A stretch of DNA of 64,000 nucleotides from Utricularia gibba. Lineage: Eukaryota; Plantae; Magnoliophyta. The first letter of the stretch is position 1; every line of letters starts with the position of its first letter. The DNA lies in contig NEEC01000018.1 of assembly GCA_002189035.1 (NCBI GenBank), positions 1,860,001 to 1,924,000 of the forward strand. Reading direction: 5' to 3'. Under the pieces are notes generated by a model. It saw nothing but the letters and a program-made list of their open reading frames with translations. It had not been told where the DNA came from and searched no databases. The position numbers and the translations under genes were made by a program. Positions 14,837-27,542 of this stretch are shown here, in pieces.

Positions 14837-16093
14837 ATGGGGCGAGAAGTATCGGCAAGCTGCTTGGAGAGCTTGTTGACGGAGATTGTCTCATCGTATT
14901 GTCGCGGCTCCTATGCCGACAAGCCCGAGATCGCGGCTCCCAGGATTGAAGCAATTGGTTTTCAAGTCGGCCACCAGCTATCGGAAAGGTTCTTCGTTTT
15001 TGGGTCCTTTTCAATCGAAATTTGATTTGCCGATTAGGGAATTTGAACTGGATCCATGTAAAATTTGAGCAAACCTCGTAGCACGATAACTTGGATGCAT
15101 TCGATGGGGTTTAGAATGGTAATGTTGGTGGTGTGCTGTATAATGTTCAAATCTGTTGATCCACTGAGAAGTGCTGTGTTTTCCGATGCTTGATGTCGAT
15201 AGATGACACAGTTGTTACTTTTGCACCTTCTTCTTCAGTTTCTTCTTCTACATTATCACCATTGATAATTCTGGTTTCTTATGCGCAAAAGATGATTCTT
15301 GTTTACCAGGTACACCATGGATCGACCAAGGTTCACTGATAACCTGGAGGCCATTAAATTCATCTGCAAGGACTTCTGGTCGGAGATTTTCAAGAAGCAT
15401 ATAGACAACTTAAAGACAAATCATAGGGTAATGTGACGTTTTTTTGGTCAAATTTTGAATCATTGTGATACAGATGTGCCTGGAACTTCATATACGGCCT
15501 CATTTCAGGGTACTTTTGTATTGCAAGACAACCGTTTCAAATGGGTAGCAAACATGTCAATCGATCAGCCTGCAGAGACACCTGGTTCTGTTCAAGCCCC
15601 TTCAGCAGCATCGGATAACAAAGCAACAGAAGTTGCGGGATTGCACCTCTACTTTCCTTGTGGTATCATCAGAGGAGCACTGACGAACTTGGGGATACCA
15701 TGTGCAGTCTCTGCAGATATCTCCAACCTTCCTGCATGTAAGCTACTCCTCCATTTTACTGCCCGGTGCACGTCTGATGTTAACTGCCTCGTTTTCATTC
15801 TCCACATTGGCTTGTTGGTCTAAATGAGTTTAAATGAAAGTGAACCAGAGTTGGTTATTTCTGAATCCAGACGTATGAAGCAAGAAGTAGTCTTCGTTCC
15901 TGCATCTTATTTATTCGAACCATGATGCTGCGGTTCGGCATGGTTGTCGTCTGTGCATGCATGTTTCCTTGCCGGTTCCATGTTAGATCGTTAGATCTTT
16001 CCTTAAATCTTATCGTAGCCTCTGCATGAATTGCACTGAGTTGCCGTTGTATGTTCATGGACAGGTTCATTTGTGGTCCAGATAAAGGCGTAG
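14837..16093 (+). CDS. TRS33: TRAPP complex subunit 6B / Trs33 (Bet3 family), 4 exons
   Basis: Exons 14837-14988, 15310-15427, 15509-15737 and 16065-16093 give MGREVSASC..., [47 protein letters not shown] and CSFVVQIKA*. Confidence 0.93.
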
Positions 16094-18000
16094 AGAACAG
16101 CTCCATGGATCTGAATCTTCTCCGGCATCCTTGCTTCTGCCATTAGTCTCCCCCCCCCCCTCTCCCCCGTGTGACTGTGATCCGTACGCCATTCGAACTA
16201 TGTAAGCATGTTTTCTTAGAGGCCTATTTCAACAGAGTAAAAGATGAATGTCCAGCTACCCTGTGCTTGCGTGTTTCCGGTCGCCTCCGCCGCCGCCGCC
16301 GCAGCAGCAGCGTTGTCCTGTCCAGGCCTCTTACGTCGGCCCAGCCCAATACCGAACTCGAAGAGAAAAAGGCCCAGCAATGCTACTTTACCCTCCTAAA
16401 ATTTCATAGTATAATAAATAATATTAATAAATACCCACTTTTAATTTTTTATTTTGTTTTCTATAAATAATTTATCGTCCACCGACCGTAAACTATTATA
16501 ATTGAATTAATAATACATTTATATTATTTAAAAATAAAAAATAGTTTTCAAAACCATGGCCAAATTACGGATATGCCCCCGGCCATGTGTCGTCTTTCCT
16601 GAAATAAATCGAAGTGTGTCCGGATCCGGGTGTCACGGTCACCGGAGGCGGAAGAGGCGAGGCCGGTTAGTTATCTCCAGGCATGGAATGGCGTCTGACG
16701 AGACATGATGGCTACAGCGCCAGCCATGGAGGCTCCCGGTCTCATTATTTTTTTTTATTGTTTTTTCGTATTGGAAGACGATGATTTGACAGATGAAGAA
16801 ACCTGTTTCTCGTGTAAGATCGTCCTTTTCCTTTCCAACCACCGACTGCCACGATTAAATGTTGTCGACGTGGCCCTCTTTCCGAGCACAATCCCAACAT
16901 ACATGCACATCGCGAATCGGCATCCCATACCGGCGCATCCCCCCCGTATCTTTCACACCATCATCCCCATTCCCGACGCAGTCAAGCGAACAAGGGCTTG
17001 CCTTGTCTGGTAATAGTAGTAAATGGGGAGGAGAAGGGAGGGAAGGGGTTTTGCCTGAACCGGGTGCAGCAGTAAGTAATTCAGTGCTGCGTGTAAGAAT
17101 GGGATGGAAGCGATTCTGATTGGACGGGGGGGTTTTCATTCAACTGTTGTCCGGACGCAGGATCCAGGAGCGATCGCCTGAAAAGTTACCACTGACTTGT
17201 CCTTGTTGCATATCTCCTCTCCTCTCCTCTCCTCTTTAATAATTCTGATGGATAGATTACATGCATGCTGTGCTCCTCTCCTCTCCCACCCACCTGAGCT
17301 GATTCATCCACCTGCACATGAGGTGATGAGATGTCTAGAAACAGGGCAACGAGCCTGGTCTCAGCCACGGCGCTCTGAAACAGACGACTGACTGGTTCAA
17401 ACGCTGCCAAAGAGGAGAACATGGTGAATGTGGTGGTGTTCTCGCAGCCCCCTTGGTTCACCTCACCTGCCATCATTCAATCTTGGCCTCATGCATGCGA
17501 TTGGAAGAAACAAATCCACATGCCTTCTCTCTTTAAACACAAAAAGTCTCATCTAATCAACATCAGTAAATCATGTGAACCCTCCAAACCTGAAAATCTC
17601 CAGCAAAAGGAGGAGATGGGGATGATGGGATCATGTTCGGTCACGCACTCATTATTGTGGGTGAGAAGATATGATGAAAACGAGGCGTCTGAGGTCGTAT
17701 GAATGGGGAAGGTCTGTGAAAACCAGTCTGCTGCAGCGTGTCTGTGACAAGTAATTTCAAGGTGTGTTGTTCTTCTTCTTCCTTCTTCCTTATTCACTGT
17801 CCACCCCACTTCCCCTCATTAAAACCCTCTGTGGGTCCCCCAAAGGTGTTTTTATTGCGTAGCATTTTAACCCCTGCTTTTTTAATTAATTACATTATAA
17901 TACCCCTACTTAAAAATTGCGTTGGACGGTGGTGTTTGGTTTATTTTTGAATTTATTTAATTTATATTTATATTCTGGAATTTGCCTTCTCTCCGTTGCC

Positions 18001-18009
18001 TATATAAAG
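18001..18009 (+). promoter_or_regulatory. TATA box of the bHLH gene
   Basis: TATATAAAG about 98 nt upstream of the ATG at 18099, followed by a purine-rich leader. Confidence 0.55.
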
Positions 18010-18098
18010 CAGTATTCTGTCTGAACGAGCGAGCACATCTTCCCAAGAGCGAAAACGAAGACAAAAGAAGGAAAGAAGGAAAGAGAGGAAGTGGGAGT

Positions 18099-19251
18099 AT
18101 GGCTGCTGCATCTTCATCATTTCAGGTTCATCCTCACCGCCAGTGCCCGTCGCATCTCCCTAACTCCGAGACACTGCAACCCAACACGCCGTTACTCCCC
18201 ACAGCGGAGTCGCCGCTGAAGCCAGCCAAGAAGAGGAGGGTTTCTAAGAAGCCAGCTTCCCCTTCTGCATCCCACTCTGTGAGCGTGGTTTCTCGTGGGT
18301 GGTTGTATTGGTGATGGTATTGCAAGCTGGGTGACTGGTTTTTGTTTTTGATTTTGGAAGGGGAAGAGCGCGAGGAAGGATGGGGAAGAAGCGGAGAAGG
18401 GTTACATTCATGTGAGGGCGAGGAGGGGCCAGGCCACAGACAGCCACAGCCTCGCGGAGAGAGTGCGTAGCATTCTTCTTCACCTACTACCACTGAGTGT
18501 GGGAGGTTTTTAGGTTTTTGAATGATTGTGTTTGTGATTAGGTGAGAAGGGAGAAGATAAGTGAGAGGATGAAGCTGCTACAGTCTCTGGTTCCTGGGTG
18601 TCACAAGGTTTGTTTTGCTTCTTTAATTCTGTTAGGTGGAGGAAAACAGTAAGCATTAGAACAAGTTGATTCAGGTATCTGGGAAGGCACTGATGTTGGA
18701 TGAGATCATAAACTACGTTCAATCCCTTCAACACCAAGTGGAGGTATTCTCAGACAGAACAGCATTCCAATTCTCCTGATTTGCATCATATAGTTTCTAA
18801 ACTGTCTTGTTTCAGTTACTGTCGATGAAACTGGCTTCGGTGAATCCACTGCCTTTCGACTTTGGAGTCGACATGGAATCGTTCATGATGCGCCCCGATC
18901 AGGTTCTCATCTTGGACCTGAAGAATTCGTAAGCATTTCAACTTCCATTTCCCTCTAAAGTCTAACCCTTTGGTGGAAGCTACATGCAGCAAGAGTTGAA
19001 CTTCTCAATGGAGAATAACGCCAGTGGCTACCAAGGAACCTTCCCCATCTCCACTCCCTTGCAGCAAATGCTGGCGGCGGACATTCTCCCCCCGGTAAGA
19101 ACCCGATTCCGATGCCTGGGATCCGAACCCTCAGTGTGCTTCAGCTCATCCATCCATCCATCCATCCCTGCAGGGAAGCAGTCAGAGCTTGTGGGAAGAA
19201 GGAGATGATGAGGAACTCAAGGCTGCTGCGTCCGACTGCATCTTCTTCTGA
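18099..19251 (+). CDS. bHLH transcription factor, subfamily XII (CIB/BEE/bHLH137-like)
   Basis: [41 protein letters not shown] and [32 protein letters not shown], with the intron pattern typical of this subfamily. The last two exons are less certain. Confidence 0.92.
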
Positions 19252-19295
19252 TACTAGAGAGAAATCCCACCACCCCACCCCATAGCGGTGACCGG

Positions 19296-19372
19296 AGCTC
19301 CTCCTCCACCTCCTCCTCCTCCTCCTCCTCCCCCCGACGGTAGCTGTTTAGTGGTCCCCGCTCCTCCTCCTC
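19296..19372. repeat. (CCT)n microsatellite downstream of the bHLH stop
   Basis: Imperfect CTCCTCCTC... tract seen directly. Confidence 0.8.
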
Positions 19373-21907
19373 CGAGTATCATCATCAGAGGAGGAGCTGC
19401 TCATTTGTACTGGCGTTATAAAAGTTAAAAACACTCCTCCTTGTCAACTTAATGGTGATGCCCCTTCCAGTATCTCATCAGAATCAAAGCAAGAACATAT
19501 TGTTCGCTAACTACCTACCAAAATGGTCCTCCCGAAAACGAAGGGAATCCGACTTCCCCAAACATTACGAATGGAAAAACACATCCCACCACCCAGAAAC
19601 CTCATAATGCCCGCAGTCCCTGTTTCCTCTCTTCACAATTCCGGGAGGGATGGATAATGAAAAGAGTATGCGGATAAATGGTACGCTGGGTAATAAATGG
19701 TGTACCCTGGCGACAGTTATTCCATCTCACTTTTTTTTACCGTATCTCCCACTGTTGGGTGTAGGGCTTGGATTGACGTGCAGATACTGACATTTCCACT
19801 TTTGTTCATCATCTCCTAACTTTTTCTTCTTCTTCTTGATTTCTTTTGCAATTGAATGCCACGTCAGTCAGTTAAAATCCATCCCTCTTGATTTCTTTCC
19901 CACATGCAGCGTCAATTCATTTCCTTTAAATGCCACATTGAATAGAGGAAACGCATTAAGTTTCGGGGACCTCGACCACCAAAGCATACTACATACACAC
20001 AATCCCGTTACCTCCCCACGCACATTCTAATCGTGTTATATTGTCAAGAATCCAACCATGCAATAATCTCGCGTTTTCAACACACCCAAATCTGTGTATT
20101 TCGAAAGCATAGTACCAAAGTGTGTGAGGAATCCCCATTTGGGCACAATCTTCACTATCAAGACACAACACGCGGTTTTGTTCCAAATTTGAGGTTTCTT
20201 CCGTGTTTTTATGATCCATATTTGTTGTTCAATGTTGGGACTGTTGGAGATTAACTTTAATCCAAATAAACTTGAAGTTGATTGGAAGCAATACCTTTGT
20301 ATCATGAAAGGATTTTGTAGTTAAAAACGTTGGGTTAGGTTATTGAGTTTTTTTTTCTTATTTTATTAGATTGTAGCCCATTATTGTGTAAATTAAACAT
20401 TGAGTATTTATATCTTACCATTAAGTGGAGAAATTGTGATATTTCTTCTCCACTCTTCTTTTTACAGATTTGGGTGAGTTCATAAACATCATTTATTTCG
20501 TTTCAGTCTCAAAAACTTAATCTTTATTAGTTTAATAGTGAGCTTTTAAATTTGGGATTTTTGGCTCAATATTTGCAAATTTTCCAACATTGGTGTCTCC
20601 CTCCCTAATAGGAAGGAAAGGTGGCAAGGACCCGACCCGAGTTCAATCCAAACTCATGAATAAATCGAAAAATATCTTCAATCTATTTAAATAGTAATTT
20701 ATATTTCTCTAAATATTTTAAAAGATAATTAAAAATTAATAAATTTCGGTTCAATGCATCATACAAAGTATTCAATTTAAATCCATCATAATCAAAGAGA
20801 AAAAATATAACCACTTTTTCTCTTAGTTTGTGTTTGGTAGGTGATATTACGTGAAAAACATTAATAGATATATCAAAATGTCACGTTTATTAGGTGAAAT
20901 AAAATTTACTAAAGGATTGAGATTTGATACCCATAAATTATGGAATATTCAGTCCCCACATTTCCATATGCCCATTTACATATTCCACTTCTAAATTTTT
21001 TTTTATTTACATTAAAAAATAATAAAAGTAACGTATAAATAAAATATCTTATCTCATCAACCATTTCCCAATGTATTGAAATCCTACAATCAATCACACT
21101 TTTAGGGTTTGATGTGGGATGGATCGAGGGGGGTGTGTTTTGGTGGTTAGAGGTTAAAACAATTGAATGCTGCATTTTCATGAGCACTCTCACTCAGTCT
21201 TTTGGCAGTTGGGGCTTATGGGTGTGTGCCCTAGACCACACATGTTGAGTTTTGATGGATCATGGAGACTGGGGTGAGCGGGGTGGCGATTGCCGGAGCT
21301 CCCCCCTCCGATCGCCGTGTGTTGCGGCTGTGGTCGGAATGCCGAGGAGCAACTAAAACGTGGGGAGTGCCGTGCCCGAGACCGGAGATGTCGTGCTCCG
21401 ACACATGGCGACGGCTAATGGAATGAATTTAGAGGAAGCAGGCACACGTGAGTGGTCGGGTCGGTCTTAGGGTGGGAGGTTAAGGAAAAGGGAATTGGAT
21501 CATAACCATCACGTTTCTCAAGTGCTGAGATTTGTGTAGCCACCCGCCTCTGTCTCTCGCTCCACATGTATCCTGACTGTGTTGAGAGACAACCGTCGGC
21601 TTTTGCAAGGAAGGCCGATTGATGACTTTGCCGATTCTCTCTGCATTCTGAGGCTGCACTGCTGTCCACTCTCCGGAGCTGAAGTTGGTTGCTTCTCCTG
21701 GTAAACTCCAATAGCAAACTACAGCCACCTTATGTTGGGATTGCCGGGATCGGATGCCAAGTCAGGGGGAGTGCCAAGGAGTGGTTTGGAAGACACAAAA
21801 AACCACAGAAATGGGTTGTCTTGGAGGTGGATCACACCGCTGTATTCACAAAAGCTGTATTAAGGTTCGAAATATTCACAAAAATGAACATCAACAGCAT
21901 CGTTCCT

Positions 21908-23227
21908 CTACTCTCGAAGCAAAAACTGCTGCCTTCTTAACTTGATTCTCTGAAGAGCTCCCTCAACAGCAATATCAAATGCATCCTTGGTGCTTCTCAA
22001 TCCCAGGGAACTCCCATGCTTTCTGTATATAACTCTGGGAATCAGCTCCCACAACTTTTCTCTCTTGCTCCACACCTGTGTCCTCGGAATTCCCATCAGC
22101 ACATCTATGATCTTCAACCCTTTGAATACCACATCCTCCTTCGGTATGAAAACTGAGAATTCATCATAGTCATCTCTGGGAAGGTGCCAGTCGTATTGCC
22201 TTTTTGCAGATAGTTCCTCGAAGAAGACCGGTATACACCCTGCTATGATGCTGTCAAATGTGGACCGTCGAGTTGGTGTATCCCCTGGAGGCTGCAGGCA
22301 AAAGCTTGACTCAAGCATTGGCTTCATGAACTTGATGGGATCATGCTCACATACTCCATTGGAACAATCCACAAAGTCACATAGCTTGTTGTATCCAGTC
22401 CCATTGGTGCTCAGACTAGTCACGTTGTCGCATTCCAATCTGATGCTTCTCCGAACATTAGGATTTGCTGACATTCCACCGCCACCAACGAAGAGCATCA
22501 ATGTGCTTCTCTTGGATCTCCTCACCCTGTTCATCCATGACTCCAGTCGCGCAAGATTTGGAGGATGAAATGACGTGGGGTATGGAATGGCTTGCTCCTG
22601 CCATGGATACGCCCTAGCTTCAAATGTCAATGCTGTGACATTGAAGAATTCCGGCAATTCAAGGAAAGAAGTGCCAAAAATTGGGGGATCATTCCCTGGA
22701 GGCTGGCTGAAATCCCACGCGGTCCGTGCCATGACCAGGAAATGGTCGTGACCATGAAACCGGCGCCATATCTCAGGAGAATCCTCTTTCGATAAATAAG
22801 TGAACAAATCTACACCATGTTCGAAACTGGAGTTCATTTCAGGGCCGAAGAGATACCTGAGCGCGTCGATTCCGGAGTAATAAGGAACAAAAACAGCATC
22901 CGCCAAATTGGGATCAGAAGTGAGGCATGGGTAGTCCTGCATCCGCCGGTGAAAAACGAGTTCAAGCATGAACGGGTCCGTTCTGTACCAGCTGTGGGAG
23001 GAATTGTGGGTTCTCTGACCCAGGCCATGGTTGGAGATGAAAACGCAGAAATCTCCGAAGAGAGGGTAACTGGAGCAGTTGGAGAGGAGATCGAGGTTGA
23101 ATCTTGACGGAAGCTGGCGGATGTGGATCCATCTGTTAGCGCATTCGGGCTCCGGATCCGCATCCCCCGCGGCAGCGGCCGCGACGAGGAAGATGAGTAG
23201 ACCGGCGGTGCGATGCCACATTGGCAT
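21908..23227 (-). CDS. Exostosin/GT47 family xyloglucan galactosyltransferase-like protein (GT19-like), intronless
   Basis: Single ORF with N-terminal hydrophobic anchor, WYRTD, FVPYYSGID, DHFLVMARTAWDF, FCLQPPGDTPTRRSTFDSIIAGCIPVFF. The start is at 23227 or the upstream ATG at 23272. Confidence 0.93.
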   Translation of the reverse strand: MPMWHRTAGLLIFLVAAAAAGDADPEPECANRWIHIRQLPSRFNLDLLSNCSSYPLFGDFCVFISNHGLGQRTHNSSHSWYRTDPFMLELVFHRRMQDYPCLTSDPNLADAVFVPYYSGIDALRYLFGPEMNSSFEHGVDLFTYLSKEDSPEIWRRFHGHDHFLVMARTAWDFSQPPGNDPPIFGTSFLELPEFFNVTALTFEARAYPWQEQAIPYPTSFHPPNLARLESWMNRVRRSKRSTLMLFVGGGGMSANPNVRRSIRLECDNVTSLSTNGTGYNKLCDFVDCSNGVCEHDPIKFMKPMLESSFCLQPPGDTPTRRSTFDSIIAGCIPVFFEELSAKRQYDWHLPRDDYDEFSVFIPKEDVVFKGLKIIDVLMGIPRTQVWSKREKLWELIPRVIYRKHGSSLGLRSTKDAFDIAVEGALQRIKLRRQQFLLRE

Positions 23228-23636
23228 GAGGCGGTTGAGATAGAAGAACGATTTTCCTTTTTGAGTTTCCAAAACCGTTTTTTGAGAGTGGGCTAAGGAC
23301 TAAGGTACGGTAAAGCGCAAGCATTCTCCAGCCCACGCAGAACAAGCGTATGTCGGTCAAGCGTTTAAGCCCATTTCTTCATCGGAGGCTCATTTAGCGT
23401 TTGCTCCACGGAGATCATCTTTTCTTCACTTGTCGGTCTCGCCTGCACCGGTGTCTGCATTTCTTCAGGAATCTGCGGTCGCCGCTCTTGGGCAGGTACA
23501 CCGGACTTTAGTGCAGTTGAAATTCTTCTTTTCATAGTAGATGTGAATCAAAATGCATTTCTTCGTTATGTATGAATCAAAATGCAGCATTGTGTTTTGA
23601 ATAACTGCATCGAACCAGGCTGATGAATCTCTTTGG

Positions 23637-26600
23637 TTAGTGATTCTTTTGGAAGCTGTGGCGCAGGCCGAGACTACCGGTTGATGCATCGAAGGAAGCC
23701 TCCAAATCCAGTCTCGATCCACCGCCTCCTATTTCGACAGGCTCGTTCAGTAGCTTTACCCCTTGCTTCCAGTGCCGCTTATCTGTTGCATACTCGGCAA
23801 TCACCAACAGACAACACAGGCGTTAGGTGGGGATGATGGTTTTACACTAACATGACTGGAGTCGGAAAGTTCGCAGTCTGCCAGGATCGTATGTTGCGCC
23901 CGGAACAAGGGAAAGGAAGCCTACCTGGTCCGGTTGACACTACAAACTCTCCTTCTGCATCCATCACCCATTCCATCCACAGGACAAAGCCATGGCACTT
24001 GCCCGATTTTTCGAAACCAACCTGAGAGTGGCAACTGGGGTTAAGGGATCATGGAATGAGTTGACAGGAAAACCGAAAGCAGCCGCAACATGGCACCTGA
24101 GTTGTCTTCCAGCACATGCTCCGCATTGGTTCTGAAAAATCAAACTCCAGGATGGTTGCTATCTCGCTGAGTACCTGCAACAAGCTTGCTTGATATGCGG
24201 CATCATGTACATCCTACTGAAGGGTACAGTGAACAAACAGGAATACCTTCATTTCACCACACTGCCAAACAAAATATGGTAGAAAAGGTGCATCTTCAGA
24301 AGGAGTTAAGCCCCCACATGCCCCCAATATGTTGTTAACCGCAGCATGATCGAATTGTTCTATTTCTTTCAGGAAACAGCGGCTTCGCCAAAGGTCCTAA
24401 TGAACATATTCTGAGAATTGTAATGGATCGGATGAAACATGATAGATAAATCCCAAAGGAATGAACTTACAGGAAGGTGCACGGCACAAGCCTTCAGCAA
24501 TCCTCTACAGGGCATGACTTGTGCATCCTCAGAGAGGAATTCATTGAGAACTGTCCTTTCCCTCCTGCAAAATTGAAAGATGGATTGCAATAACAGTAAC
24601 CTTAAGAATATAGGAGACGGAGGTAACACCCACCAAAACCTCAATGTCTCCCATGGCAGCAGGCTACTGTGTCCATAGTAGTAGGGCTCTCCAACGAGAA
24701 GATTTATCTGAAGAGAAAATGAAACTTTTGGCTGTAATTATTACGAAGAGGGAGTAAAGAAAAGAGGGGAGTTGGAAGCAGGTCAGCATCCTCAAACCAT
24801 CACAAGTTTGGGTGAGATAAGTCCACCTTCCCAAGCAAAGATGATGGCAAGTGGGCTTTATTTACAACTTCTATCCGGTCCATGGTGAAGTTATTAAATG
24901 GAGCAACATTCTGCAGATACTGCAATCCCTTATTTCCAATTCCAGGTAACAATGGGATCATGCGTGAACTCTTAGAAAGATGAAGACAAGATACTGCCAG
25001 GAAAATGCTATCATCTGCAAGTAAAAACAGGGGATCTGGTTTGTTCCCCAGCTGCAAAGACAAAAGAAAGAAGGCGATTTGATACAAGGAAAAGCCAAAA
25101 GACAAAGGAATGGCTGAAGTGACTCAAATCCCAAGCACCAACAAATATGCACATATCAAGGAAATAATCTTACAACTTTCTTGAGGGCACTAAGCATTGT
25201 GCATCTCCATCTCAGATCTCCATACAAAGCATTTTGTTCAGGTGAAAGGGCAATCTTGAATTCCTTAGCAGATAAGCCGTAATCTACAGCCTCTGTTGGG
25301 AAGGCTGGACTCTTGAATTCATAAGTGATAGAGGTTTCACTGTGAGAAGCATATAATTCAATCTGTTCATCCTTGACAACTGGTACGCCTGAGTGTGGAG
25401 CAAACCAGATAGTTTGTTTCCAGTGGTCACGCCATTGCTGATCACCTGTGAAAGTGAAGTACAGAAGAATGCTTTCATGTATTCACATAAATTTTGAGGT
25501 TCATGAGAGGGCAAGATTGCATATGGAATGTTCACAGACTTCTAGCTTACTGTGTAATGATGATTCTTGAAGGTCAGAATGAGAATTTATGAATGCTGGC
25601 TCAGTAGAATACATTGTTCCTTCATCATCTAGTTGGAGTATCCACCTTTCAGCACATATTGTTGGTGTCAGAATCATATAAACTAGCACATCAAGAAGGT
25701 ATCAGAAACATGTATGGAGAACATAATACACGTACAAAATGATTTACCATGACATGATTGCATGAAGTGTACCATCATTTATAGCTTTTATTTGCAGCTT
25801 GGTTTCACGAAAGCTGTCTGGTCTTCTCCAAAATTCGAACTCAAAAACTTTAAAAGGTGCTGATAACTAAACACAGCACCTCAAATGAATACACAACAAG
25901 TTTTTAGCTATGAAATTTAGGTATATGTCAGGAATCATACAAACTCACCAGCTTAATTTCATCCCTAAGCGCATCACAATGCAGAGGATATTGTTGTTTC
26001 CTGATCCCAATGAGGGGCATCCCCTCTGGTGCAAGATGAACACCATCTGAAGCTTGTGCTTCTCTATTAGCTAAATCATGCATTTCCGACAAATATTTGC
26101 ATTCGATAAGCTGAAGTAATGAACAGAATCAAATAAACAGCGATATAGAAATAACAGTAGACTACTTTAGAATCAGTTATTTATGAGCATGATGGTGTCA
26201 AGATGCAAGCAGAGTGAGCGGTATCAGAACAAATAAAAAAACTGATAAAATACGACCTGCCACAAACACTAAACAAATAAAAACTTGTCCAATTATTGGT
26301 GCTTAGATTTAGTGAAAATAGCAACAGTAGTACACAGGCATACGGATACTGAAAGGCATGCAATTCCAGACATGTTACCTGAGCATAGGTTGTTGCTCGG
26401 TAAGGCACAGTTCTTGGGCATTCTACCAACAGATGATCATGAGCATGCTGTAAAGTGGGAATGAGCCCTTCACCCAGAAACTCGGAGTCTAGAATTTCAC
26501 TAACCTGTGATTGAACATAAACAGCATACAAAATGGCATAAGCTAGCATTGGAGAGTTCGCATTCATTCAAAGAAGGCAACTAGAACAGCTAAAAATTGC

Positions 26601-27542
26601 TTAGGACTACTTGCCACGATGACCACTCTTATACTTCTAAATCAATCAATGACATCCTACGTTTTAAGGGCATAAAAGGCCAGATACAGGAGGCAGATAG
26701 AGTTCCTATGATCAATTTGTGCATCTCACTGAGGAAGTAAACCAACATCCAGAGGTGATACCTACTCTTCAAAATATGGAAGTCTACACAAGAAAAGATC
26801 ATCAGACCATTCATATAAAAGAAATACTCACAAGAACATCAGCACGTGAAGGAATATCAACTCCCACTTCCAACTCATCTGACCTCTTGTTTATTATGCG
26901 TATACACCTATCCATGTGATTGGCCCGAAGAACCTTCTTCATCAATTTGAACATGGGAAGATAAGATTCACAAGCTGTTACCATCACCTCTTGCGAATCA
27001 GGGCCGCCCATAGCCCTGGCTGCCATCATTGATAGCAACCCAGTTCCAGCACTGCGTAACACATATCTCTTAGTCTTGTCAATTCACAAACTCAACATAA
27101 AACGTCATAAACCAACTAAGCATCTTCAGCATTTGAACGCTAAATATGCAGCGCAAATTAAGCATAAAGATCGATTGATTTCATCCTGGGAGAAAAATCA
27201 AATGTACTCTGGGTTTAAGGGAAAAAAAACGTTGAACCATTACCCAATATCAAGAACGCGGCAGGGTGCACTCACGGTATTCTCAATAGCCCGACGAAAG
27301 GCTTTATTGCGGCAGGTATCATTGAGCATGTCAAGATACAGTGTTTTAGCAAGAAGCGATTTGATGTTTGTGTTGTTGTTAACATTGACGTCCTCTTCCT
27401 GGTCTCCTATAACGACCCACTCCGATTTTCCGGTTACTGGGTCGGTCCTCAACTGAAACATTTGGTCAGCGAATCCTCGGCCACCTCCGGCGGCGGCGAT
27501 TCGGTGGCGAAGTCCACTAGGCTTCTTCAGTAAGGAGAGCAT
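23637..27542 (-). CDS. PRMT7: Protein arginine N-methyltransferase 7 (PRMT1.6), about 13 exons
   Basis: FQLRTDPVTGKSEWVVI, YLDMLND, VLDIGAGTGLLSMMAARA, VSEILDSEFLGEGL, WRDHWKQ, a second degenerate methyltransferase domain (GEPYYY, HGFVLW) and HWKQGVKLL. All checked junctions are in phase. Confidence 0.94.

Noticed and set aside
17380-17460. TGCCAAAG... (miR399-like start) and a GAGAACA...TGTTCTC stem (miR398-like)
   Set aside because: Only 7-8 nt match the mature miRNAs and the stem is too short for a pre-miRNA.
19180-19200. Possible miR396 site in the bHLH (subfamily XII includes the miR396 target bHLH74)
   Set aside because: CAGAGCTTGTGGGA pairs only with the miRNA 5' half, needing a bulge and wobbles; the 3' half is mostly mismatched.
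19260-19610. Possible two-exon minus-strand ORF with poly-Glu/Gly
   Set aside because: The low-complexity product comes from the CCT microsatellite, acceptor choice is ambiguous, and no family is recognisable. It is more likely bHLH 3' UTR.
20825-21145. GTGTTTGG motifs resembling Tourist MITE termini
   Set aside because: No matching inverted terminus or target-site duplication nearby.
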